A stretch of DNA of 64,000 nucleotides from Paraphysomonas bandaiensis (GCA_965644295.1 CBFFRP010000046.1:65276-129275), one strand, 5' to 3'; positions 39,201 to 52,598 are shown, counted from the first letter of the stretch. Made by a program: numbers and translations. The notes: generated by a model not told the origin, from the sequence alone.

Positions 39201-42048
39201 TACCGACAGACCATCCCAAGGATTTCCTCGCATGTGATGCACGTGCTCAGAGATTAACTGCTGCAGAAGTGCAAAATGGTTCTTGCGTGAGATATCCACA
39301 TAAGGTAACTGCGGTATTGGATTTCTAGTAATCTCACTCCAAGTGCGCGTTAAACACGGGACACAGCTGATAACCTGTGGGTCTCTGTCCACATACAAGC
39401 GCATGACAAGTGTAACAGCCGCAGATTTAAGGGTTTCGTTAACATTCATCTTAATCATTGTTACGAGTGACTCATACGTGAAAAGCTTTTCCAAACTTCG
39501 CATGGCGACGTAGTTCCGTCCTAAACACATCGATGCTGCCAAAAACAGCTCCGACGCAAAATATTCTGCAACGGCAAGTTTATTCTCTTGCGTGGTTCCA
39601 GTGATCCGTTCACCAAATCTGTCTCCTGGACCGGCTACCCCATAAAGCTCCTGTATGTTTACAGATAGCTTACCGAATAGGCCCAGTGGACTAAAGTCAA
39701 TTGAGTTGGTGGTCCATGACAGAGATAACTGGGGTAGACCTTTGGAAACCAAGGACTGTCCCAGCATCGGTGACGCTGCCTCCTTACTAGCAGGGATATA
39801 AAGACCACGGTCCCACTCTACCCGAACAGGCCGCGCAGTGTCAGAGTGCACCTGGATAACGATATCATTAAAGTCCTTGAAAACAACCTCCGACACGATT
39901 ATTTGGTTTCCAACGACCCCACGCCCTTGACATGTGCAACACGCCCGGAGTAGGTCTAGGTACATGCGGTTCATCTTTGATGACCTCAATTTTTCTGTAA
40001 ATATTTTGATCTCGCGGGATCCAATTTTTTCCTCTTGGAGGTCCATGTTGCTACTCAGCATGTCCGTTACACACTTGGCAGCGAGCTGCTGTGCACCCAC
40101 ATGCGCCAATAGAATTGGCATCGCATCGCCAACAAACATTTGGTTTCTTGGGTTGCGCACGATAGTATAAAATAGCATATTGAGGCTGAACCGAAGAATA
40201 GTTTGCCCCATAGTGATCACTGCTTTTTCCTCTTCAGACTTGAAAGCCTGGCTTTTTGCACCAACACCAGATACAGTGTTGTCAGTCCTCACAGATATCG
40301 GAATAAGTTTTTTAATTAGCTTCATTAGTATGCCCAGAGTGCCTTGATCACACATCATATTCTGCCTGTTGGCAATGAGATTCTTCTGAGGAGGACCATG
40401 CAACAACGTGCTGGATGTTGATATGGAGTAGCCCTGTGCGAACAAGGTAGTTCTCTCTAATATTGACTCGAAGAAAACAATTTCGCCCCTATCCGCTCCT
40501 GGCCAGAGCGTTCCTGCAGAGTAGTCCGACACCGGAACCTTAGTTCTCTCATATATTTTATTTAGAAAGTTTCTGGCAGCGACCCCCACGTACACATCGA
40601 GTGGTTCGTCCACCGCTCCCCTAGAACACTTTCCCTTCGATCCGGGTCTGTCCTGAGTTTCTTTGTATCTATTTATCAAGAGACTAACAGCTATATTTTT
40701 ATCCTTCGTCCCGTAGTTAGGGAAAGTATCCGTCTCATCGTCGTAGTCTCCACGAGCGAGCCACATGCCGTTGACACTCATCTGGATGGCCTTCCCATCT
40801 GAGAGCAGGCTATTGTTGCCGTAGAGTTCCTGGACGCTGAATAGAGTTCCTGGTGCAGACGACGAAGTCGCAGTGCAAAGAGTAGGGCTCGCATCATCAT
40901 CACCAGACTGATCCATCGCCAAATAACGACCGGTATTAAGATTTCGAAATCGGATAAGATCATTTTTCCACTGTACTGTGCCCCCCACCTCAATGGTTTT
41001 TGACTCAATCACCCACAAGGAGTTCGTGTCCACATCGCCATGCACGCTTATTGGCCGAATAGCCACATCGGCAGCGTCTTCAGAAGAGGGCAATGTAGAA
41101 TGCTCCTCGTCATCCTCACGAGAGGTACTTGAGTATACAGTGACATTAGAATGTGTCTCAGGGTCGTAAATGAACACTAGCTGTGAGCAGAGTAGCAGAT
41201 TGGAGTCTGTCACCTCCTTCACGTTCTGAAAGAGTGACAGCTTCCACGATGAGCTCTCCAAAGAGCAGTTTACCTCGTGAAAGTATTCTGGGGGGGGATC
41301 CTTTTCCGAACAGTGAATGTATTCGTTGGGTCTTTCAGCTACCTTGAGAAGGACCTCAGTACCGCCCAGAATGCGGTCACCCTCGCGATCTATCTTGAAT
41401 CGTGGAAGAAGCTGCAGCCAAGAATACGAGTTGCCCTCTGCTGTGAGAGATATGCGAATATTTTCCCTCTCGTCTCGTGCAAGTTGATCAGGAACTATAG
41501 TCACAAACTTTCCCGACTTAACATGTAGGAGCTGTGCACAGAATTGCATTTGTCAGGAAATAATACACTGAGTGTGGTGAACGTACTTGTATAATATCCC
41601 CGAAAAGAACTGTGGTTCCCATTTTCTGCCTCATATAGCTCTCATTTAACTTGTTTTCATTGTCACGACCGCGCTGAATACAAAGGTTATAGATCATTTA
41701 ATACAGGTTACTTTTTTACCCGCAGGGCCTGAAGATATTTGACTGTGTTGCTATCTTCGATGGGAGTGTGCGATGAAATTTTATGAGTCTGTGTGAATGT
41801 TTCGAGTTCATTAGAAGCGGAATATTGCCGCTGTAAGTGAATGCAAAACAGAGCATCTTCAAACGATGGTATTGTTTCGTTGACAACAACATCTTCCAAC
41901 AGTATGCCCTCTGCACACAAATAGCTATTTATTTTAAGGTTCTTGATGGTGATCAAGTCTCCGATCTTCAGAGTATCTACAATCCATGTTAATTAATTAC
42001 AAAAATCAAGCGGCTCTCACCATTCTCAATCGCATTTCCGAAGTCCAT
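33284..42048 (-). CDS. ITPR: IP3 receptor-like Ca2+-release channel (~2,856 aa, 5 exons) with an inserted voltage-sensor domain
   Basis: N-terminal YLCAEGI/FEDALF/QYSA, MIR region (QLLHVKSGKF, RFRNLNTGRYL), RIH-associated (RFLQLMCEGH..NQ..R.Q, EVIQGPC..NQ), channel region LLNVIFGIIIDTFGDLR, CFMCG, HNMWNYLYFI. Exons 42048-42021, 41976-41720, 41673-41587, 41531-34677, 34627-33284. Confidence 0.93.
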
Positions 42049-42292
42049 GATGGTCTCGTTGTCTTCAGAGTATGCGCGTAAACTCTTAACGATACAGCAC
42101 ACAAAGCAACCAGACACTAGCCCCGATAGTCTCTGTCTATACTACGGTAACAGACATGGCTGTTACGAACAAATGGTGCTATATGGCTGTGGTTATCTGA
42201 CTAACTATGCTATGAATAGATTCGTATGATGAGCTGGGTGTATGTACGCATAGTATACTATGGAACAGTGTGGTACAGTGCTGTGCGTAGGA

Positions 42293-42313
42293 GTGTGTGT
42301 GTGTGTGTGTGTG
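42293..42313. repeat. (GT)n microsatellite
   Basis: Visible directly in the ITPR/DGAT2 intergenic region. Confidence 0.9.
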
Positions 42314-42691
42314 GGTAGTCTGTAACGCACTCCTGCCTGATTTTTGTCGTTTTACAATCCTCGCCATCGATTGTGCTGCTCCTGCCTTCGATACTACAAT
42401 CGACTGGGATTAATAAATCAACCAATGAGAGCTTCATACTGTAGATTACGTCAATGCAATTGGGCATCACTACAACAGTGCCAAGAGAACCACATACTCC
42501 GTATATCACTCTAGAACTAGAGCGTTGAACATATCCATACACAGGCATAGTGCTGAGTTTACCGTTGCTTGCACTTGGCAATAGTGTCCCCAAAATATTT
42601 GTACGCAACGTAAGTCTTAAACTGCTCCTTTCTCTGGCACAACTACTACTTGAACCAACAGACTTTTCTCTCTGGGGTTTACGCTCGCAAG

Positions 42692-43705
42692 ATGCAGTTT
42701 TATGGCTTATTGAGACTCGCATTTTCAATTGGAGTGTGGATGGTTGGTGCATTTAGCATTCCAGTAGCTCTCGGATTTCTTTTCTTCAGAGTATATGTTT
42801 CATATTGTGTTAGACGTTAGCTGAAGTTCTCTGCGCAGATTTATACTCCGGTTTATATACTGGCGACCTACTACTCTTTTAGATTTTTGTTTCCTGCTCG
42901 GTTCTGGCCATGGTTTTTAGAGCTAATGGATATGACCGCTGCACCATATTGCAAAACTCAAAGAGTAGTTTTTGAAGATGGTGCTACGTCTCCCGCTCCT
43001 GACTCGAAAACAATGGTTGCGTTATCACCACATGGTATTCTCACAATAGGGTGGATGACTATGGTGAGTCAGTGACATTTTGAAATGAGGGACTGATATT
43101 TACTGTTACTGCAGATTACAAGTAAAGAGTTTCGTAATTCCGGTTTCAAATGGCTTGTTGCTGAGGTTCTTAATATGCTGCCCTTCCTTGCAGATATCAA
43201 CACATGGTGTAACATTACTGGCTGTGGGAAGAAAGATATGATCACCTACATGTCTTCGGGGACAAATGTTGCTCTCATTCCCGGTGGGTTTGAAGAAGCG
43301 ACAATATACAAGCGTGGTTGTCACCGTATCTTCATAAAGGAGAGGAAGGGCTTTGTTAAATATGCATTGCAATACGGCTACAAGATTATGCCCGCTTATG
43401 TGTTTGGTGAGGAAAATACCTATTGGCAAATGGACATGGGACCCTCCCCCAGCTTTGCACTCTGGCTGAACAAATACAAGATACCAACCACATTTTTTGT
43501 GGGCAAGTACTTTTTTATGCCGGATAACGACGCCAATATTAATGTCGTGGTGGGCAAGCCTCTTGACCTTCCGAAACTAGAAAGCCCATCGGTGGCTGAT
43601 GTAGACAAGTACCACTCTCTATACATTGAGGCAGTACAAGGCATATTTGACAGAAACAAGGGCAAGTTCGGAATTAGCAAAGATGTTGCACTGGAGGTGT
43701 ATTAG
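42692..43705 (+). CDS. DGAT2: Diacylglycerol/monoacylglycerol acyltransferase (DGAT2/DAGAT family); start uncertain, could be 42425
   Basis: ALSPHGIL (HPHG variant), LIPGGFEEA, RKGFVKYALQYG..MPAYVFGE, VVGKPL, VDKYH..YIEA. Confidence 0.85.
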
Positions 43706-44322
43706 TAAGAACGTTATGTTAACAATGCATTGTGAGTGATGCGGTTGAATTACCGTTAAATTCTGTTCTGTATCTTATGTGGATATGTGGAGTTTTTGTT
43801 TGATCTGCGCACTATGTGTGTACATAGTGGAGTATAATCCTGCTATTCTTACACCGAGTTGCTTTATTTCAACGTAATAACAACAGTGACTCCACTACAT
43901 TAACAGCATCAATGTATATTTCAGGTAGACTCAAAACTATTCACGTAAGGATATCATCATGTGCATGCCACTACGAGCACAGCAGTTACGCAGATGTAGT
44001 GAATATCTTGCCAAGGGCTTTACGCTAATTTGCTTTATGGTGCGTTGAGTGTTGACTGAATTAAAATTCTTCATATCAATTCTCTGTGTTCTTGATATGT
44101 TTCGTGTGCTCATAAAATATGGCGCTGATAGTTTAGCATTTAGCAGCTCTGCAGTGTCGAATATCGTATACTGCATAATTACTTTACAATCCTACACAAT
44201 ACATTCTTTTGAGCGAGTATTTCACAATACAAAGTCTTCGTACCGACAGTATTTCGTCTAGTATGCCATTGTAGTGAGCCACAGAAGAATCGCAATGTAA
44301 AAACAATATACTACTCTTTTTT

Positions 44323-45220
44323 AGTGCAGGTTTTTAACTCCTATTGCTAAATAATAAGACTTTTAATATAATATACTACTCTTATGCAATGATTTCTACC
44401 AGGATTGTGTTGTCTGTAATCGAATAATAAGCTTCATAAGAATATATATACAACTATTATCTAATTTGGTGTAGGTGCTACGTGTTTCATATTCCCTAGA
44501 ATTAAAGGACACGAAAAACAAATATAATGACGATATCAAGATTTGATTATGTTAAACAACTTTAGTATATGAACGCTAAACTCTCTCAATACGCAATTAG
44601 TAAAATAATAATCAGCATATATATTATCATGCATTATCAGTTTTCTCTCTACTACCAATCAATATTATTCTATTATCAGATATCAGATAAACACGATCTT
44701 ATTATACTGTCAAAGTATTTCAGTTACTATAACATAATATATATCATATTATTAAATTTCACCATCGACTCGCACCTTTTCGCGGTGTTTTGGGGAATAA
44801 GTGATAAGTACCGGAGATATTTCTCCGGGAAACTAACGTGGGCCGCATATATAGTCAGCAGATATTGTTTATTATACTATCATATAGCGCTACAAACGCT
44901 GCTTGTACGTCACCGCAAGCGCTTTCGCTCTCTCTTCTTTAGGTGAACAGCCCAGATGCTTGACTTCAGCTGGCAGCCCAATATCCTAGATGTCCTTGAG
45001 ATGGGCCCATTTCCGGATGCCGGTTTATTGGTGGGAAGAACAATATCTGCTGACTATGTATGTGTCTCACGTTAGTATTCCTGAGAAATATCACCGGTAC
45101 TTACCCCCCAGAACACCGCAAAAAGGCGCGAGTCCAACTTTGTTGAGGGTGAAATTTAATAGTATGATGCTTTGGTGCAGATACTTAACGCCTATTGCTA
45201 ATAATAAGACTTTCAATATA
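44323..45220. repeat. Rearranged fold-back cluster of the repeat family
   Basis: 44750-44870 is inverted relative to ~45040-45160; terminal module cctattgcta(a)ataataagactt at ~44340 and ~45191. Confidence 0.8.
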
Positions 45221-45729
45221 TGAGACAGAGTTGACAAACTGAAATATATTGACTGTACAAGATCGTGGCTATCTATGACACGATAATATTGATTGGTAAT
45301 TGAGATGATATATAAATCTAGTGACGACAGTAAATTATAAGAGATTATTGAGTGAGTTCTGAGTACGGTTAATTTATTGACTATTTAATATCTTTGACTA
45401 CGTATTACTGTTTTCTGTTTTCACATTGTATTTAACGTATTCTACAGTACTATCTTTGAGAAACATACGTATTCAAACATAATTACGTTTTATCATCCTA
45501 ATGTCAAGCTCTGATATACTTGAAGCCGTCAATTCTACTATAACCGCTTTATATTTGGCTAGTAATTCCTACATGAAGTAGTGCGATCTTACTTTCGTTG
45601 ACTGTCGGTCCAGCATGTCACAAAATACTTACTAGCAAAAACTCGTACAAACTCAAGCAACATTCTAAAATGCTAACGATAGTTATTATAACACCAAAAA
45701 TTAGGATGTTATCAAGCTACATTATTCAG

Positions 45730-46931
45730 CTATGAGTTTTCTTCTTCAGCAAAGCCCGAAAAGTTAGGAACACCAGGGGCTCCAGATGATCCACCTTGGG
45801 CTCCGCCCTGCCCCATCATAGCAGCCAGAGCAGACATATCCGGCATGCCACCTCCACCTCCTCCACCCATCATGGACATCGCTTGTTGCATCATGGCAGG
45901 GTTTTGCATCATTTGTTGGGCCATCTGCATCATGGCAGGGTTTTTCATCATTTCAGCTATGCCACCTGAACCCCCCATCATAGAAGCCAAGGAGGACAAA
46001 TCAGGCATGCCCCCAGCTCCAGGAGCAGGTGCCGCAGGCTGGCTCTTCCGCTTTTCTTGCTCCATCTTCTGCTTAGTCTGCTTAATGGAATCTTTGTGAC
46101 TGGAATTGTCCGGTTCTAGCTCAGCAGCTCTTTCATACGCACGTAGTGCTAAATCGTACTGCCCAAGGAAATAACGCGACAGTCCCAATCGCGAGTGCGC
46201 CTTCACATACCCAGGGTTCAAAGCTACGGATGTTTCACAGTCGTTCGCTGCCTCCTGGTACTTACTCAGGTGACAATATGCAGCGGCTCTATTTGAGTAA
46301 AAAATATGTGAGCTGGGACCATTGGAGCTAGCAGATATTGCCTCAGAGTATAGTGCAACAGCCTCGTCATATTTCTTCTTCATTAGGGCATCATTTCCTT
46401 CCGCTTTCTTCTCCTCGGCTAACTGCTCTTTCTGCGCTTGGGACATGCCGTCAGCTTTGCCTGACGACTGCACACTTCTTGTTTCCAGCTTGCTGAGGAA
46501 CTTGGAGACTACCTTCGCGTGTCTCTGCTTGTATTCCATGCTTCCTACTTCGGCACCCTCAAAGTAGCCTCTCTTTTCAACTGTGCTTAAAAAGGCAGGA
46601 AATTTCGGATTTTCTGTTACTGAACGTAGTCTAAAATAACGATCGATAAGTCACACCAACAACATGCAGGCTGCACACATCACCTCTCGTCATATACTTT
46701 AGCGCCCAGGCTCTCTACACCAGAACTGAATATCTCAGGAAGCTCTGTGGGATAATAACTAAACGAGTCGAAGTCATCACTACTCTTCGAATCAACTCCA
46801 AACACTAAGCCGATTTGCTCACAGGCTTGATCGATGTTGCCTCCCAAGGACTCATTCTTTCTTTTGTGTGCCTGAAGAAATTGCAGGATTTGATACGCTA
46901 ATCTCTTATCGTTCAAGTCAACTTCGCTCAT
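45730..46931 (-). CDS. SGTA: Small glutamine-rich TPR co-chaperone (SGTA/Sgt2)
   Basis: N-terminal dimerisation domain (KRLAYQILQFL...IGLVFGV), three TPRs (AEEKKAEGN, YSNRAAAY, YVKAHSRLG), Met-rich STI1 repeats (MMKNPAMMQMAQQMMQNP). Confidence 0.9.
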
Positions 46932-47339
46932 ATTTCGATTATAATTGACTCGATGTGTGTATATATATATATGTATGTATGTATGTATATCAATTGAGAT
47001 CAAAGTCTCAGTGCTCTGAGCTCAGCAGTGTATGGACACAGCGGTATACTATACACAGCAGTATGCCGTGGGGTGGCCTACAGCAGTGTAGTACGACTAC
47101 TATTAGTGTATTCTGCTGTAGGGGGTCGCTGAAATTTTGCTTGATTCTAGAATTCGGTATTTTGTGTTGTATACCGTTTGCGTTTTACAGCAGTAGTATT
47201 GTATTTTACATACAGTATGTACAGCTGCACCATTACAGGCACAGGTACATATACAGGCGCAGGTACAGGCGGAGGTACAGGCGCAGGCAGTACAGTGGCT
47301 GAGTCTTCCAAGTCATTGATCCGCGATATCATTCCCTTC

Positions 47340-49329
47340 ATGCTACCTGTGCTTGCATCAGCAGTATGTCATTGCGATTAAGTGCAGCATATTTTGATGC
47401 TCGGTCGAGTAGAAGACTGCTCCGAACCGTAAGACAATATGATTGCAGTGAGTGCCTAACGAGTGCCGCAGATAACCAGACAGAGCAGCGGATGCAGCGG
47501 AGATGCCATTCCAAGCATGGATGATATCATCAGTCTCTGTAAGCGACGGGGCTTCATATTCCCATCATCTGAAATATACAATTCGGTAGCTGGATTTTAT
47601 GATTTCGGACATCTCGGCGTCGAGTTGAAGAATAACATCAAGAGCGTCTGGTGGAGGGATATGGTGCACCGTCGAGACGATGTTGTCGGTCTGGACTCAA
47701 GTATTATATCTTCTTCTTCGATATGGAAAGCTTCTGGACATGTTGACAGCTTTTCAGATCCATTAGTGGACTGCAAGGTAATTCATATAGTATGAATATG
47801 CATTATGGTAACACTTCTCCAGGAATCGAAATTAAGATTTCGAGCAGACCATGTCGTATGGGGGGCAGTTGAAACTAAAGATGACGGTAGACATGTAGGA
47901 TATATTTGCTTTGTGAGTGGAGGTAAGAGCAAAGAGGAATGTGCTGAAGAAGCGACGAAAGCTGCTCGACGACTGGCGAAGAAGCAGGGCATCGCAGGGC
48001 CACTGCGCACACCTGTATTGCACGACTTAACAGCAGTACCACCAGATATACTCCCACTGTTGCCCTCTCCATCAACAGGAACTGTAGGAGTACTCACACC
48101 GCCGCGTGACTTTAATCTTATGTTCAGCACTAGTGTTGGGGCAGTGGCAGATGGACAGGACTCTTCCTATCTGAGACCCGAGACTGCCCAGGGTATTTTT
48201 ACAAATTTTCTTAACATTCAAAGAGCCGCTCGCATGAAGGTATAATGTTTGAATTTACTAATTTTAATTTTATTCTCATTTTTCTACTAGGTACCATTCG
48301 GCGTTGCTCAAATCGGAAAAGCGTTTCGTAATGAAATAACACCTCGGAATTTCATTTTTCGTTCACGGCAAGTCACATGCAGACCAGCATATCTGATAAG
48401 CGGTTAATGTTATGTATATTACAGAGAGTTTGAGCAGATGGAAATTGAGTATTTTATTCCACCAGAGGAGGAGGCATGGAAAATGGTATGTACCCACCGC
48501 GTACTTAGTAGTGTAACCTGTCTCGCAGCACCATGAAGCTTGGTTGGAAGAATGCTGGCAGTGGATACTGCGTCTGGGGCTTAGACCATCTTTGCTTTCT
48601 CGTAGAGAGCATTCTACCCAAGGACTTGCTCATTACTCAAAGGCATGCACAGATATTGAGTTCCGCTTTCCCTTCGGTGTACAGGTAGAGCGCTGAATTT
48701 TCTGGGAAGCTTAGGCTAACTGTAACTGCAGGAGTTGATGGGGGTCTCTGCCAGAGGTAGCTTTGACTTGGATAGCCACAGTCAGCACAGCGGCAAATCT
48801 CTAGAATACACGCATACGGAAGCATCAGATTCCGGTAATATTACACGGAAGTTTATTCCTCACACCATAGAGCCCTCTTTCGGGCTGGATAGGTGAGTCT
48901 AGCTTTCGTTTACCTGTAGCTCCTTATTCTATTTTCAGATTGTTTCTTGCAACTCTTGTGTCTGCCTATCGCGAAGATTCGGTTGGAGGAGAAAAACGAG
49001 TTGTGTTATCTTTACATCCTGCTATAGCCCCTATTAAGGTGTCTATAATGCCGTTGGTAAAAAATAACGCAGCTGTGGTCGACAAAGCACAAGAACTCTA
49101 CAAACTACTTCGGCACAGAGGTACCTTTAATTGTGAGTGGGATTCGACAGGGGCTATAGGGAGGAGATATCGTCGTGCAGACGAGATTGGCACACCTTTT
49201 TGTGTCACTGTAGATTTCGATAGTCTGGAGGATAATTGTGTTACACTGCGCCATAGAGATTCAACACTTCAGGAGCGCATTCCTATAGACGAAGTTTACC
49301 ATACTGTGTCTGAAATGATACAGTGGTGA
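47340..49329 (+). CDS. GARS: Glycyl-tRNA synthetase (alpha2 type), probably organelle-targeted; start tentative
   Basis: [87 protein letters not shown]. Confidence 0.95.
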
Positions 49330-50123
49330 TAGAAGTACTATATGCCAAAAAGTAGCGAAGGGTTTAAAATTAATTTTTGTATTAGCAGGCGGGGTATTTT
49401 AAGTTTTTTCTGTATTGTTTAGGGTAGGGTTAGGGTTAGGTTAGAAATCATTCGTCTACCAGTTTCTGCTAGTTGGCTTTTGATAATCGCATATCCGTCA
49501 GTTCTCTCTCGTGATGTTAAACTTTTCTGTATAGCTCTTAATTCTTAATTGAGGGAGTGTTGAATTGCTAGTATGTTTCTACGCATTACGCATGAATCGT
49601 CGCCTCGCTCTGGAATGAAATGACAGTTGGAATGTTGGAGTTGCTATATTGGCAGGCAATGTAGTTTAGTGCTAAATAAATTGCAATAATTGGAATTGAG
49701 ATATAGCAAATAAGCAAGTAATAATTGCAATTATAATTGACTACAACCTGCGTCAAATAATTGACAATTAATTGGTACGCAGTCCTGCGATATAGTAAGC
49801 AATAAACAACACGAAACGATGCAAATTTTAAATTGATTATTGAGTGAGCTCATAGTTCAGTTACTTACTTGTAACCATCATAAATGTCCAACACTGATAG
49901 TCAGAGGTTAACTTCAACAATATGTCGAAATTCAACAAAGGAAATGTACAATAACGTACTGTCTAAAATACTCTTTCTGGAATACTCTTTTAATTTTCGT
50001 CCTAGTTGTGGTCCATTATTAAATATTCTCTCTACTCTCTATTCGTTCAATAGGTAATAATTAGAAATGAAATATATTACAATATTTGCCTCAAATATTC
50101 TGTGCTATTACTTGTGTTAACCA

Positions 50124-51266
50124 CTAATTTGGTCGGCTAATCATGATTATATCTCTGATATTAGATTTTCCATCGTCAAAAGTTTTAATAATTTTGTAAC
50201 ATAGAGTTCCGCTATGTTCAATGCGTTCCTGCAAATCTCTTACCCCCCCTCCAACGCCGAAGTAATACCTGATATATTATACAATATCAGTGAACATTTC
50301 TATACATCAAGGTCATACTAAGCACTTATACCGTTTGCTAGCGATGTAGGCTACTCCATTGGGGCGGGATATATGGGCATCTAGGAATCTATAAACCTGA
50401 GCCATTCAACATAAGTCATGCAAAAGGAAAGTACATACACCATACCTTATCTACGGCTTCCAGAGAATATAAGGTTTCTGCGGAAAGGATGAGGTCGTAT
50501 TCGACTGGTTGGTTGATTTTTCTACTCAACATCAAATGTACGAATTATTACATCATGTGAATGCATACCAGCTACCTACCCAGTGACGAGGCTGTTAGAA
50601 AGGGCGGTCCAGTCACCGGCAAGACAACTTACGTGTTGGACAGACTCTGGACAGTTTAACGCTACAGTGGGCCAAGTGTACTCACTTAGTACCTGCACCA
50701 ATACGATTCGCATTAGAGTACATGGGTCACTAGGATCACCCTCGTACATAGTCGTTAAAGTCAGAGAACACAACCGGTCGAAATCCACATTTCAGCGCCG
50801 CTACTCCGGGTAGTCCATGACCTGCAGGTGTTCAGTGACGTCGCACTAATATCAAATGAAAATATTGCACCGCATCCTAACTCGAGCACACTCTTTTCAA
50901 ATACACCAGGGCCATACATTTCAAACACGCACTCCACTAAATCCAATGAGCATTCCCATATTCGCTTGCCTCCTTATACAGCGCTTAACATAATCAATGC
51001 GCATCTCAATACCACACACCTTCATATCTTCCCGGTATCAGATCGTATTCAGACGTCTCATCCTTATCGAATAGTTTCGCGATGACTTTATCACCAAAGC
51101 TCATAACTCTGTGCTCCACTGAGAGGTTGAGGAGCCCCGCACATGGATTCTCAATCTCTGCTACTGAATCCGCTGCACACTTTCCAAACTCAGAGACGCT
51201 TCCACTCTCATCATCTCCATTACCCTCCTCCTCCTCCCTTCCCATGAAACTAAACTTGAAATCCAT
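50124..51266 (-). CDS. METTL18: Histidine protein methyltransferase 1 (METTL18/Hpm1)
   Basis: Spliced DLIPGRYEG|GKRIWECSLDL, VLELGC|GHGLPG, FSDFN, YDLILSAETLY, ASKR|YYFGVGGG. Confidence 0.9.
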
Positions 51267-51644
51267 ATAAATCACCCACAAAAGCTGCGGCTTTCTAGTT
51301 GATGACTGCAGCAGACTGATGAACTCATGCTCTGCTGTACTACGTCGTACCCCGTACACTCTGTACAGAGTACAGTACACATATAATACCGCTGCTCCCC
51401 TGCAGCACTTTGTAACTTTTTATCAATTTTTTAGGTTTTAGACATGCCCAAAAAATCGTACCTCTGAATCCAAGATGTTCCTCTTGTGTGTGGATTTCGT
51501 CGAGTGTTCATGCACAGTGACGTCCAAACATTGCCAAGAAACGCACCAGTGTCCTTATATTAATTAAACACACACTGCCGTGCACTATCTCAAGAGAGAC
51601 GCCGCAATTAATAACTGCACTCTCTCCCCTGCACGGTCAGACAT

Positions 51645-52598
51645 ATGTATGAGCTTAAGCGCATCCCCAATGCGCAGTACATGCCACCAGTTCAATTATC
51701 GGACGACCAACAACTGACCGTACCAGTGGGTGCTGGAGACACCATTAAATTCGGTGCCACCAGAGAGTGTGATGTGAAGGTGGGGAAGGGACTGCATGCT
51801 ACTCTGACTGTGAACCAGAGCGGTGAAATGACGTTGACTTATTTCGGAGAACCGCCATACAGCTTGCGTATAGTAGGGAATCGTAGCTCGATTACCATGT
51901 CGAAGAATGACACCTATCAGCTACTGCCATTGGAAGGTTTGCATTTCTGTAGACACGCAGCGGTTAACAAATGCTACAAAGTATTTCCTATTGGCACAGT
52001 AACGGATAAGCCTAGCAATCCTACTATCAGTGATATCCCTGTTCAAGAGGAACCGCTCCCTACAAACAACCGCCTGGCCGTGTTCTTCGACAGCCCGCAG
52101 GGAAGACAGGCGTCGATTGATCACCAAAATCACATCAGAAAGCTTCAGACGAACAATGCTAAAGCAAAACGCAAACGTGATGCCGCGGCCGCTGAACGTG
52201 AACGCATCATAGCTAATGGCGACCCTCTTGGGGACGTGTTTGATGTGGGATATCAACCGAGAGGGGGTCGGGAGCGTCAGTGCGAAAAGTGCCACCAGCG
52301 ACTGGCAGAGGGGGCGTGTCGTGTCAGTGAGAAGAGACATACTTTTATTCGTCCTGGTGAGTGGGAGCACAAGACTGTGTTTTGGCACTCTACATGCTTG
52401 CGTCTAGAAGGGGCACCAGACGCTGCAGATGCTGGTGGCGGTGATGCCGAGGCTCCTGTAAATTTGGGCAGAGGGGGGAGGCGCCCAGGCAGAAGAGCAT
52501 CGACTCTGGAGCATTTCATTCGAAGAAAGTTTCATGGTTTCGATGACTTGCGTGATGTGGATCAGGTGTATCTGAGGTCCCTGTTGGTAGCGCCATGA
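51645..52598 (+). CDS. Intronless 317-aa protein: FHA-like N-terminus plus PARP-type zinc finger
   Basis: YQPRGGRERQCEKC..RL....CRV...FWHSTC...GFDDLRDVDQ fits zf-PARP; N-terminal beta-rich IKFGATRECDV....LHATL fits a divergent FHA. Confidence 0.65.
   Translation: MYELKRIPNAQYMPPVQLSDDQQLTVPVGAGDTIKFGATRECDVKVGKGLHATLTVNQSGEMTLTYFGEPPYSLRIVGNRSSITMSKNDTYQLLPLEGLHFCRHAAVNKCYKVFPIGTVTDKPSNPTISDIPVQEEPLPTNNRLAVFFDSPQGRQASIDHQNHIRKLQTNNAKAKRKRDAAAAERERIIANGDPLGDVFDVGYQPRGGRERQCEKCHQRLAEGACRVSEKRHTFIRPGEWEHKTVFWHSTCLRLEGAPDAADAGGGDAEAPVNLGRGGRRPGRRASTLEHFIRRKFHGFDDLRDVDQVYLRSLLVAP

Noticed and set aside
47236-47290. 12-bp tandem repeats giving a PVPAPVPP or GTGAG ORF
   Set aside because: A short minisatellite in the SGTA/GlyRS intergenic region; the ORFs are short with no other coding support.
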